Part shown: positions 8,292 to 14,869 of the stretch, one piece after another
Numbering within the stretch: position 1 is the first letter of the stretch
How the letters are laid out: each line of letters begins with the position of its first letter
Source of the DNA: a virus
IMG/VR virus record: IMGVR_UViG_3300034024_000020
Location: 32,001-96,000 of that record
Reading direction: 5' to 3' (one strand)
Length of the DNA stretch: 64,000 nucleotides
The notes under the pieces: model-generated
What the model was told of the DNA's origin: nothing
What the model saw: the letters and a program-made list of their open reading frames with translations, nothing else
The model's database searches: none
Made by a program: the position numbers and the translations under genes

Positions 8292-8325
8292 AGTTCTTGA
8301 CATGATGCCCATTTTTCGATATAAT
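8292..8325 (+). promoter_or_regulatory. phage sigma70-type promoter
   Basis: TTGACA(8297)-N17-TATAAT(8320). Confidence 0.88.
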
Positions 8326-8349
8326 GGGACTTCAAGCGGCGAGGACAAC

Positions 8350-8622
8350 ATGGCGTTCTTTTACAACGAAAATGAACCCTTCACAGGCGGAGTTATTCCT
8401 TACCATAAGGTTAACGCTAACAGGTCCTATTTGAGGCACTATGAGAACAGTTTGTTCTTGCAGTTTATGCTCAATAATGGAACGATGGAAGAACGTCGTC
8501 AGGCTAGCAAGGAACTAGCGATCTGCGATCGCAAAATGTCTCGTATGGAAAAGCACGCCAACTTCATTTGGGATGCTGTTCTTCCCGAGATTGAAAAACT
8601 AAAGAAAAATTGGCACACTTAA
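8350..8622 (+). CDS. hypothetical phage protein
   Basis: GAGGA SD then ATG 8350, downstream of promoter. Confidence 0.7.
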   Translation: MAFFYNENEPFTGGVIPYHKVNANRSYLRHYENSLFLQFMLNNGTMEERRQASKELAICDRKMSRMEKHANFIWDAVLPEIEKLKKNWHT

Positions 8623-8624
8623 GT

Positions 8625-8698
8625 TCGCATTAGCCGAACAAGGTGGACGGAACTGACTGTTAATCAGTGCATGAGAGGTTCGATTCCTCTAATGCGAA
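8625..8698 (+). tRNA. tRNA-Asn(GUU), CCA not encoded
   Basis: ACTGA-CT GTT AA-TCAGT, perfect T arm. Confidence 0.85.
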
Positions 8699-8714
8699 CT
8701 TAATTGTGCTATAA

Positions 8715-8788
8715 TGCCCCATCTTCTAATGGTAAGAAGCGTGGCTCTGAACCACTCAATGCACGTTCGACTCGGGCTGGGGCATCCA
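8715..8788 (+). tRNA. tRNA-Gln(CUG)
   Basis: cloverleaf, CT CTG AA, CCA. Confidence 0.9.
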
Positions 8789-8871
8789 TTTTCAACAGGT
8801 ACTCTTACTGGTGCGTCTGCAAAATTCACTGGTAAGGAAGGGAGCGGTGCAGACGTTCCCGAGAGTTTCAT

Positions 8872-8951
8872 GGCGCGGTCTTCTAACATAGGACTAGGAA
8901 CCCTGACTTTCAATCAGGCCAATGCGGGTTCGAATCCCGTCCGCGCTACCA
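8872..8951 (+). tRNA. tRNA-Glu(UUC)
   Basis: CCTGA-CT TTC AA-TCAGG, CCA. Confidence 0.92.
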
Positions 8952-9025
8952 TTTCAGGAGAATTACAGTGGGCTTTATTCTTTTCCTTATAATTCTCTCA
9001 ATCCTCGTTCGAGGAAATCTTTAAT

Positions 9026-9100
9026 GCTAGTCTAGCTCAGTGGTAGAGCGCCTGCTCGACACGCAGGGGGCGCAGGGTTCAATTCCCTGGACTAGCACCA
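9026..9100 (+). tRNA. tRNA-Val(GAC), C33
   Basis: CCTGC-TC GAC AC-GCAGG. Confidence 0.9.
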
Positions 9101-9101
9101 T

Positions 9102-9177
9102 GCTGGGTTAGCTTAGTGGTAAAGCGCAAGGTTGTGGACCTCCGTCTAGACAGGTTCGACTCCTGTATCTAGTTCCA
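9102..9177 (+). tRNA. atypical tRNA with GUG (His) anticodon, U73
   Basis: TT GTG GA loop, weak anticodon stem, G.U-rich acceptor, CCA. Confidence 0.65.
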
Positions 9178-9357
9178 TTTAGAAAGTACCAAATGAAAAA
9201 GCTTTATACTGGCGTTAACGGACGCAAAGTAGCGCTTGATCTAAGTAAGGTAGAAGCCATTCTGGACGAAGATGATGGTCGTGTAGACCTCTTTAGTTCA
9301 GCCGATTGGTATAAGATTTTAGCAGATTTCGACGAAGTCTATAAAGACTGGTCGCAA

Positions 9358-9434
9358 GCCCGATGAGATGGCTAGGTGAAGTCGCCTCTTTTACATGGAG
9401 GAAATGAGCGGTTCGAATCCGTTATCGGGTACCA
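9358..9434 (+). tRNA. tRNA-Val(UAC)
   Basis: CCTCT-TT TAC AT-GGAGG. Confidence 0.88.
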
Positions 9435-9439
9435 TTTTT

Positions 9440-9528
9440 GGAGTGTACAAGCAGCTGGGAGCTGTCTTCGCTTGGAAAGCGAAAGGTGCTTTAATTAGCA
9501 TCCGATTCGAATTCGGGGCGCTCCGCCA
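9440..9528 (+). tRNA. tRNA-Ser(GGA)
   Basis: TTCGC-TT GGA AA-GCGAA, variable arm, G73. Confidence 0.85.
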
Positions 9529-9534
9529 TATTTT

Positions 9535-9611
9535 GTCGCTGTCGTCTAGTTGGTCTAGGACGCCAGGTTCTCAACCTGGAAACGGGAGTTCGAATCTCCT
9601 CAGCGGTACCA
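9535..9611 (+). tRNA. tRNA-Glu(CUC)
   Basis: CCAGG-TT CTC AA-CCTGG. Confidence 0.92.
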
Positions 9612-9614
9612 CAG

Positions 9615-9690
9615 TTTCAGGATGACTGGCGTCCACCTTTTGTCTGGCCAGACGGGTGTAAAGTGGGTTCAATTCCCTGCCTGAGAGCAA
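9615..9690 (+). ncRNA. tRNA-like element with aberrant extended anticodon arm
   Basis: TTTCAGG/CCTGAGA stem, GGG-TTCAATT-CCC T arm, ends CAA. Confidence 0.45.
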
Positions 9691-9694
9691 TAAT

Positions 9695-9772
9695 GCCGCG
9701 GAGGTGTAGCTGGAGCAAGCACATCGGCTTGAAACCCCGAAGGGTAGGGTTCGATTCCCTGTCGCGGCACCA
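9695..9772 (+). tRNA. atypical tRNA-Phe(GAA)
   Basis: TCGGC-TT GAA AC-CCCGA (C31.C39 mismatch), CCA. Confidence 0.75.
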
Positions 9773-9775
9773 TTA

Positions 9776-9869
9776 TTTAGCTAAGCATCCGACAAGTAGG
9801 TCAATGAAAATTGGGTGTTACGGGGTAGGAAGCTTGATGTTGACTTGAAAGCTACAATGCTCCGCTAAA
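9776..9869 (+). ncRNA. three-way-junction RNA with kissing loops
   Basis: TTTAGC/GCTAAA closes two hairpins whose loops AGGTCAAT and GTTGACTT are complementary. Confidence 0.5.
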
Positions 9870-10191
9870 GGATTATCAATGATTACTTCTTGTGATAAAT
9901 GCTGGTCCTTACCATGTACTTGCGGACATGATTATAAAGGATTAAGTGTAGCCCAAATTAGAGGATTAATCCTACAACTGGAAGCAAGATTGGGTCGAGC
10001 CGCTCTTGAGGATTACGATGAGAGGCAATCTTGGCGATGATTTGGACTATTCTTGTAACAATTTATGCGACGGGTTTTGTTTTTACAATCTATATAGTCG
10101 AGTGGCAATTCTACAGAAGCTTAGGTTTTAATTTAGCCAACATATTTATTACAGCTACAATTTGGCCACTCTTCCTAATTATAGCTCATAT

Positions 10192-10266
10192 GCTACCTTA
10201 GCTCAGTGGAAGAGCACTCCCTTGGTAAGGGAAAGGTCAAGAGTTCAATCCTCTTAGGTAGCACCA
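10192..10266 (+). tRNA. tRNA-Thr(GGU)
   Basis: canonical cloverleaf. Confidence 0.95.
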
Positions 10267-10284
10267 TTAAAGAAAGCACAGATA

Positions 10285-10491
10285 GTGAAGACTAAACGGA
10301 ATAAGTTCAATATCGAGTGGCTTTATGCGAAACAAGTTTGGGATGCGTTGAAAAACGGACTCCCAGTACCTCCCGTACCTAACTACAGTGTATGGGAGAT
10401 TAATGAGAAAACCGGCAAGCAGAAGCTTATCAAAGAGCTTCCAATCGAGCCTATGAGGGTGACTTGCAATGGCAGAAGCTTTCCAGACTAG
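10285..10491 (+). CDS. hypothetical protein
   Basis: ORF track. Confidence 0.45.
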   Translation: MKTKRNKFNIEWLYAKQVWDALKNGLPVPPVPNYSVWEINEKTGKQKLIKELPIEPMRVTCNGRSFPD

Positions 10492-10640
10492 CTTAGAAGT
10501 CTGTCCCACCTGTAACTCCCTAATTACAGATGAGGAATTTGTAGTAAATTGGGGTGGTTGCGGGGCGTGCTTAGACGAAAGTTATGAGCAATATTTAGCA
10601 GAGAAGGGCTTTGTTGAAGAATATAGGCTCTTCTGAATTT

Positions 10641-10674
10641 AGTTCTTGACTTGGAACTGGATTTTTCATATAAT
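10641..10674 (+). promoter_or_regulatory. phage sigma70-type promoter
   Basis: TTGACT(10646)-N17-TATAAT(10669). Confidence 0.85.
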
Positions 10675-10680
10675 GGCTTA

Positions 10681-10872
10681 ATGAAAACGGCATTTTGCAT
10701 TAAATGTGGACATGAATACAACATAAAGCGTTTAGAGTTGGGATACAGAACCTGCTTAGATTGCGGTTCTCCAGTTTTTAGACCTCCTGTTGTTCCAGTC
10801 GCTAAATCGAATTACATTGTTGGTACGATGAGCGAATTGCGCGAGTCTTACAATCACAAAGGACATAAATAA
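10681..10872 (+). CDS. DksA/TraR-like C4 zinc-finger small protein, probably leaderless
   Basis: CIKCG...RLELGYRTCLDC; ATG sits 7 nt after the -10 box. Confidence 0.6.
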   Translation: MKTAFCIKCGHEYNIKRLELGYRTCLDCGSPVFRPPVVPVAKSNYIVGTMSELRESYNHKGHK

Positions 10873-10949
10873 TGAATGATGATAGCATTGTTCTTTTGGC
10901 AGCCATTATAGCCATTGTTATAATGAGCTACTTCTTTAGTAGAGATTAA

Positions 10950-11025
10950 GCTTCGATAGCTCAGTAGGTAGAGCAGAGGACTGAAAATCCTCGTGTCGGC
11001 GGTTCGATCCCGTCTCGAAGCACCA
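10950..11025 (+). tRNA. tRNA-Phe(GAA)
   Basis: canonical cloverleaf. Confidence 0.96.
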
Positions 11026-11026
11026 C

Positions 11027-11103
11027 GGGGCTGTGGTGATTATGGTAAACACATATGCTTGTCAAGCATACATAAGCGGGATCGTTACCCGTCAGCCTCG
11101 CCA
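11027..11103 (+). tRNA. tRNA-Asp(GUC), T loop ATCGTTA
   Basis: TATGC-TT GTC AA-GCATA, G73, CCA. Confidence 0.88.
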
Positions 11104-11271
11104 TTTAAAGACCCGACGATACCGGCTAGGCAAACCGGGACGCAACTTTACTCTTAAAAGAGTAATGATCAAGGCAGGGTTAAATAAGCTGCCCAACAAC
11201 GGCCGGAGTGTCCCGAAAGGGCGATGAGTCCGATTAAGTTACGGAGCGAGGTCGCACTCCATACAGTTTAA

Positions 11272-11347
11272 GCTTCCGAAGCATTGCTGGCGATGCAACC
11301 GCCTTGTAAGCGGACGATAGAGGGTTCGATTCCTTCCGGGAGCACCA
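11272..11347 (+). tRNA. tRNA-Thr(UGU)
   Basis: CT TGT AA loop, CCA. Confidence 0.9.
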
Positions 11348-11350
11348 TTA

Positions 11351-11508
11351 ATTGCTGATAGTTTAATAGGATGGTGAGATAGGGAGTCGACGCCTGATGT
11401 AGCCACGCAATAACTGGTAAGTTTTAGTTCGCGGCTAGAATACTGCCAGCCAAGGGCGAAAACAGTGTCCGCGGAGGGCGCAGATGTGGTAGAAATCCAC
11501 GAAGCAAT
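11351..11508 (+). ncRNA. ~158-nt RNA with tRNA-like ends
   Basis: ATTGCT/AGCAAT closing stem, D-loop-like TAGTTTAATAGG, GTGG-TAGAAAT-CCAC T-like arm. Confidence 0.45.
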
Positions 11509-11703
11509 ACATTTAGAAAGATAAAGATGCAAGATTTAGGTCAGGTTATGAATAATTGGAACCCAAATCCAGTTCGTTTCGATCCTGAAAATATGGATTG
11601 GGGTTACTGGGATGAAACTTGGTCCTATTGGACCGGAGGTTATCAAACGGAAGCCGAAGCCAATAAAGCCTTGCAAGAATATTGCGAACACTATCTATAA
11701 TAA

Positions 11704-11783
11704 CGGCCGGTGGCGGAGCATGGCCCAACGCACGAGATTGCAACCCTCGAAAACCGCCGGTTCAAATCCGGCCCGGTCGTCCA
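11704..11783 (+). tRNA. tRNA-Cys(GCA)
   Basis: TT GCA AC loop, U73, CCA. Confidence 0.9.
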
Positions 11784-11796
11784 TTTTAGGAGTAAT

Positions 11797-11964
11797 ATGA
11801 AAACAGCGGGTTATATTATTTCTGCACTGAGTGTGTTTTTACTGGCAATAGCTGCTACTATTGGTCCAGACGCGGAACCATTTGAGATTTACCTTTGGGC
11901 AGGTGTTATAGCTTCCCTAGTGGGTATGTTTTTGAGATGGCTTTCATATAGATTTGTAGAATAA
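11797..11964 (+). CDS. small 2-TM membrane protein
   Basis: AGGAG SD, ATG 11797, two hydrophobic helices. Confidence 0.65.
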   Translation: MKTAGYIISALSVFLLAIAATIGPDAEPFEIYLWAGVIASLVGMFLRWLSYRFVE

Positions 11965-12040
11965 GGGGGATTAGCTCATCTGGGAGAGCGCCTGCTTTGC
12001 AAGCAGGAGGTGATCGGTTCGAGTCCGATATCCTCCACCA
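11965..12040 (+). tRNA. tRNA-Ala(UGC)
   Basis: canonical, G3.U70. Confidence 0.96.
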
Positions 12041-12058
12041 TATAAAAGGAGTAAGTAA

Positions 12059-12349
12059 CTGAAAAAGGTAGGTTTTACCATTATGACCGCGAACGCTGAC
12101 CTTGAAAGAAAGGTTAAGCAAATCGACGCATTCCTTCTCAAGGGAGAAGAAGTACGCGTAAGCGTTGATGTTAAACGTGGTCAAGGTCGAATTTTCGGTG
12201 CTGCTCTTGACAAGCTGAACCTAATTACGGGGAAGCTTGAAAACGCAAAAGTTATTGCTAAACCGTCCCAAAAGGGTGCGGGTTATCAAACAGTTATACG
12301 GGCCGGTAGCTCAATTGGGAGAGCGCTTGACTTGCAATCAGGAAGATAG
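12059..12349 (+). CDS. translation initiation factor IF3 C-terminal-domain protein, probable CTG start
   Basis: (L)KKVGFTIMTANADLERKVKQIDAFLLKGEEVRVSV resembles IF3-C; AAGGAG SD 7 nt before CTG 12059. Confidence 0.75.
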   Translation: MKKVGFTIMTANADLERKVKQIDAFLLKGEEVRVSVDVKRGQGRIFGAALDKLNLITGKLENAKVIAKPSQKGAGYQTVIRAGSSIGRALDLQSGR

Positions 12350-12374
12350 GGTTCGACTCCCTCCGTGTCCACCA
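12300..12374 (+). tRNA. atypical tRNA-Ala(UGC) overlapping the IF3-C 3' end
   Basis: CTTGA-CT TGC AA-TCAGG, G3.U70, bulged acceptor stem. Confidence 0.75.
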
Positions 12375-12550
12375 TTTTAGGGTTGTAATGAATGCTAGAA
12401 TATGATGATTACACTCTTCTTTTAGATTGTTATGAAGATATAGATGCTTTTTCTAGAGATGGTATGAGATATACTATGACTCCCAGTGAAATGTCATCTT
12501 TAATCGTCATGTTAGACATTCTAAAACCTCAATTAAAAGAATTGCATTAA

Positions 12551-12641
12551 GTGCGCGTGGCGAAAATTAAGGCAGACGCACTAGCTTGAGTAGCTAGCGG
12601 GATAGTATCTCATGAGGGTTCGAGCCCCTCCGTGCACACCA
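12551..12641 (+). tRNA. tRNA-Leu(GAG), U37
   Basis: CTAGC-TT GAG TA-GCTAG, variable arm. Confidence 0.9.
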
Positions 12642-12764
12642 GAGGTAAATATGTATTACGATGAATATCCAGAAACAGAAGGTTGTTTGGGTTATGTAGC
12701 AGGCGCACTTATTGCTGCTGCCGTTATAGGTATCGTAGCACTTATCTTTATATCAATTTCTTGA

Positions 12765-12838
12765 TGCCGATTCTCCTAGTGGTAAGGATGCCGCCTGATT
12801 AGCGGTCTACGGGAGTTCGATTCTCCCATCGGCTACCA
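12765..12838 (+). tRNA. atypical tRNA-Ile(GAU), U37, U1.U72
   Basis: GCCGC-CT GAT TA-GCGGT, CCA. Confidence 0.8.
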
Positions 12839-12840
12839 TT

Positions 12841-12907
12841 TCGACTGAAGACCTAAGGCAGGTCGCCACTGATCCGGAGATAGCTGGTTCGATTCCAGTC
12901 AGTCAAA
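12841..12907 (+). pseudogene. degenerate tRNA with GAU loop
   Basis: intact D (GACC/GGTC) and T arms, 2-bp anticodon stem, no CCA. Confidence 0.5.
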
Positions 12908-12973
12908 CGCAAACCCTACCCAAAGGGTAGCCGACAGGGTTGGAAGGATCGGCTCTAGTTTGCGATATTTTAT

Positions 12974-13047
12974 GCTCCTATAGCTCAATGGTAGAGCCCG
13001 CGGCCGATAACCGCTTGACGGAGGTTCGATTCCTTCTAGGAGTACCA
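12974..13047 (+). tRNA. tRNA-Ile(GAU), C33
   Basis: GCGG-CC GAT AA-CCGC. Confidence 0.88.
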
Positions 13048-13048
13048 T

Positions 13049-13137
13049 GCCCTGCTGGCGGAACCCGGTAGACGCAGCGGTTTCAAACACCGTACCCCAA
13101 TTTGGGGCTGTGGGTTCGACTCCCACGCAGGGTACCA
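13049..13137 (+). tRNA. tRNA-Leu(CAA)
   Basis: type II cloverleaf, CCA. Confidence 0.92.
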
Positions 13138-13148
13138 TAGCTTAAAAT

Positions 13149-13182
13149 AGTTCTTGACTTTGAGTTCAAACTTTCATATAAT
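13149..13182 (+). promoter_or_regulatory. phage sigma70-type promoter
   Basis: TTGACT(13154)-N17-TATAAT(13177). Confidence 0.85.
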
Positions 13183-13290
13183 GGGTCATAAGATGAAAAA
13201 CGGCACAATGCAAATTGCGGCAGAAGCGTTCGGATGAATTGATTCGAACTTTGAGAATTGCATTTGCTAAACTAGCAGGAATTAAATTGA

Positions 13291-13515
13291 ATGACAAGTA
13301 GAGACTTTGCATATTGGCTACAGGGCTTATTCGAGTTGGCCGAGGTTAGGACACTGGATGCAAGGCAAACGGAGTTGATTAAACGGCATCTCCATATGGT
13401 ATTCATCCATGAAATTGATCCTAGCTTTCCAGACGAAGAGCAAGGCCCTTTAACCGCCGCGCATAACGGGGTTCGTCCCGGCGGCCTAATTGCGAAGTGC
13501 TTATATGACTTATAA
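13291..13515 (+). CDS. hypothetical protein (DFxxWLxG family)
   Basis: MTSRDFAYWLQG. Confidence 0.65.
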   Translation: MTSRDFAYWLQGLFELAEVRTLDARQTELIKRHLHMVFIHEIDPSFPDEEQGPLTAAHNGVRPGGLIAKCLYDL

Positions 13516-13690
13516 AGATTTTGCAGCTTGGCTCGAAGGAGTCATTGATAGTAATCCGGAAGGATTAGACGCAGATAAGTTAAAGATTATTTCTGGAAAG
13601 ATTAAGACTTTGACTTTTCCAGGTGAACCAAAAAAGCAGCCGGGTGACGGTGCTTGGGTAAATCCTTATCCAAACGCAGTACGCTGCTAA
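13505..13690 (+). CDS. hypothetical protein, paralog of the preceding ORF
   Basis: MTYKDFAAWLEG. Confidence 0.6.
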   Translation: MTYKDFAAWLEGVIDSNPEGLDADKLKIISGKIKTLTFPGEPKKQPGDGAWVNPYPNAVRC

Positions 13691-13698
13691 GAGCATAT

Positions 13699-13773
13699 AT
13701 GGGTCAGGTCGATCGGGGATGACAGCAGCCTCCAAAACTGCCGAGCAGGGTTCGAGTCCCTGGACCCATGCCA
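13699..13773 (+). tRNA. tRNA-Trp(CCA)
   Basis: CT CCA AA loop, G73, CCA. Confidence 0.88.
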
Positions 13774-13857
13774 TTTAAGGAAAAAATGGATCCAATTTCA
13801 ATTCTAGTCATCGTTCTAATTATTCTAGCGATTGTTTACTTCGCTAAGCGAGTTTGA

Positions 13858-13934
13858 TGCGGGGACAAGCCTTGGTAGGCTAGACTGTCTCATAAGCAGT
13901 TTCATTGTGAGTTCGATTCTCACCTCCGCCACCA
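13858..13934 (+). tRNA. initiator-like tRNA-Met(CAU)
   Basis: U1.C72 mismatch, GCGGGG acceptor, A11:U24; lacks 3 G-C anticodon pairs. Confidence 0.8.
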
Positions 13935-13951
13935 TTTCAAAAGGACTATCT

Positions 13952-14443
13952 ATGTTGGATCAAGCAATAAAAGCTATCAAGGCTTCCAGCCAAAGTAGCA
14001 GCGTCTACATTGGATGCGACTCTGTACGATTCAAGAAGAATGTCAACGGTCGTCAGCAAAGCTTTGCTCGATATGCAACCGTAGTCGTTCTTCACATGGA
14101 TAGCCTTCACGGTTGTCAGCTCTTCTACAAGGAAGATGTTCTGCCTGATTATGGTAAAAAGACTGAAAGTCTCTTTAACCGGCTCATGCAAGAGGCTACC
14201 TTCGCTATTGAAGTAGCTGGCGAAATCATTCCACATCTAGATGACCGACATCTAGAAATCCACCTTGACATTAACCCAAGTGAGGCTCACGCTTCCAATC
14301 AGGCGGCTAAAGCCGCAATCGGTTATGTTTTAGGTACAACTGAAATTAGACCTAAGATCAAGCCTGAAGCGTTTGCTGCGATGTTTGCAGCGGATCGGGT
14401 TTGTAACGGTAAGCTTAAGAACCAAGTCTTCAATCGAGGCTGA
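13952..14443 (+). CDS. RNase H-like YkuK (DUF458) family protein
   Basis: VYIGCDS, YATVVVLH, RLMQE, EIHLDIN, IKPEAFAA..AD; AAGGA SD before ATG 13952. Confidence 0.8.
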   Translation: MLDQAIKAIKASSQSSSVYIGCDSVRFKKNVNGRQQSFARYATVVVLHMDSLHGCQLFYKEDVLPDYGKKTESLFNRLMQEATFAIEVAGEIIPHLDDRHLEIHLDINPSEAHASNQAAKAAIGYVLGTTEIRPKIKPEAFAAMFAADRVCNGKLKNQVFNRG

Positions 14444-14517
14444 GACCCACTAGCCGCCTGGGTTACTTGATTGGATAGGTATGCCGGGTGCTAAAGGCGG
14501 ATTGCCCGGCATTACCA
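14431..14517 (+). ncRNA. two-hairpin RNA with loop-loop complementarity, ends ACCA
   Basis: CAATCGAG/CTTGATTG and ATGCCGGG/CCCGGCAT stems; CCGCC pairs with GGCGG. Confidence 0.45.
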
Positions 14518-14642
14518 GTTAGGAAATAATATGCTACGAATTATTGGTTACATTATCAGTGGTGAATGGATGACTAAGTTCAATAAACCAGGAGATGTGT
14601 ATCTTAGATCAGACGGAACATGGTCTGATAGATAAGCTTTTT

Positions 14643-14714
14643 GCCCCGGCTCACTGGAAGAGGCCCGACGCTACGAACGTTGGTGGGAAGGTTCGAGTCC
14701 TTTTCGGGGTACCA
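14643..14714 (+). tRNA. tRNA-Arg(ACG), compact non-canonical fold
   Basis: CCGACG-CT ACG AA-CGTTGG, CCA. Confidence 0.82.
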
Positions 14715-14721
14715 TAATCAC

Positions 14722-14803
14722 ACCCTTGTAGCCGGTTCAGGTTTCGACCCTGTTATCCGTAATGGAGCTGCAAATGTAGGTTCGACTCCTATCAAGGGTG
14801 CCA
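14722..14803 (+). tRNA. D-armless tRNA-like RNA with UCG (Arg) loop
   Basis: ACCCTTG/CAAGGGT-G-CCA, canonical T arm, CAGG-TT TCG AC-CCTG. Confidence 0.6.
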
Positions 14804-14809
14804 TAAAAT

Positions 14810-14843
14810 AGTTCTTGACATTGTACTGAATTTTTCATATAAT
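14810..14843 (+). promoter_or_regulatory. phage sigma70-type promoter upstream of the large ncRNA
   Basis: TTGACA(14815)-N17-TATAAT(14838). Confidence 0.88.
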
Positions 14844-14869
14844 GGGATATCAAAACGACGGAAATAACA

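Noticed and set aside
10455-10525. Extra tRNA-Trp-like element
   Set aside because: D-loop-like segment and TTCCA are present, but no T arm or acceptor pairing
11351-11508. tmRNA or hammerhead ribozyme
   Set aside because: Too short for tmRNA, no G3.U70 acceptor with CCA, no tag ORF; CTGATGTAG does not fit the CUGANGA core
14431-14490. TPP riboswitch
   Set aside because: GCTGAGA and CTTGAT occur, but P1/P2/P5 pairings do not fit and no thiamine gene follows
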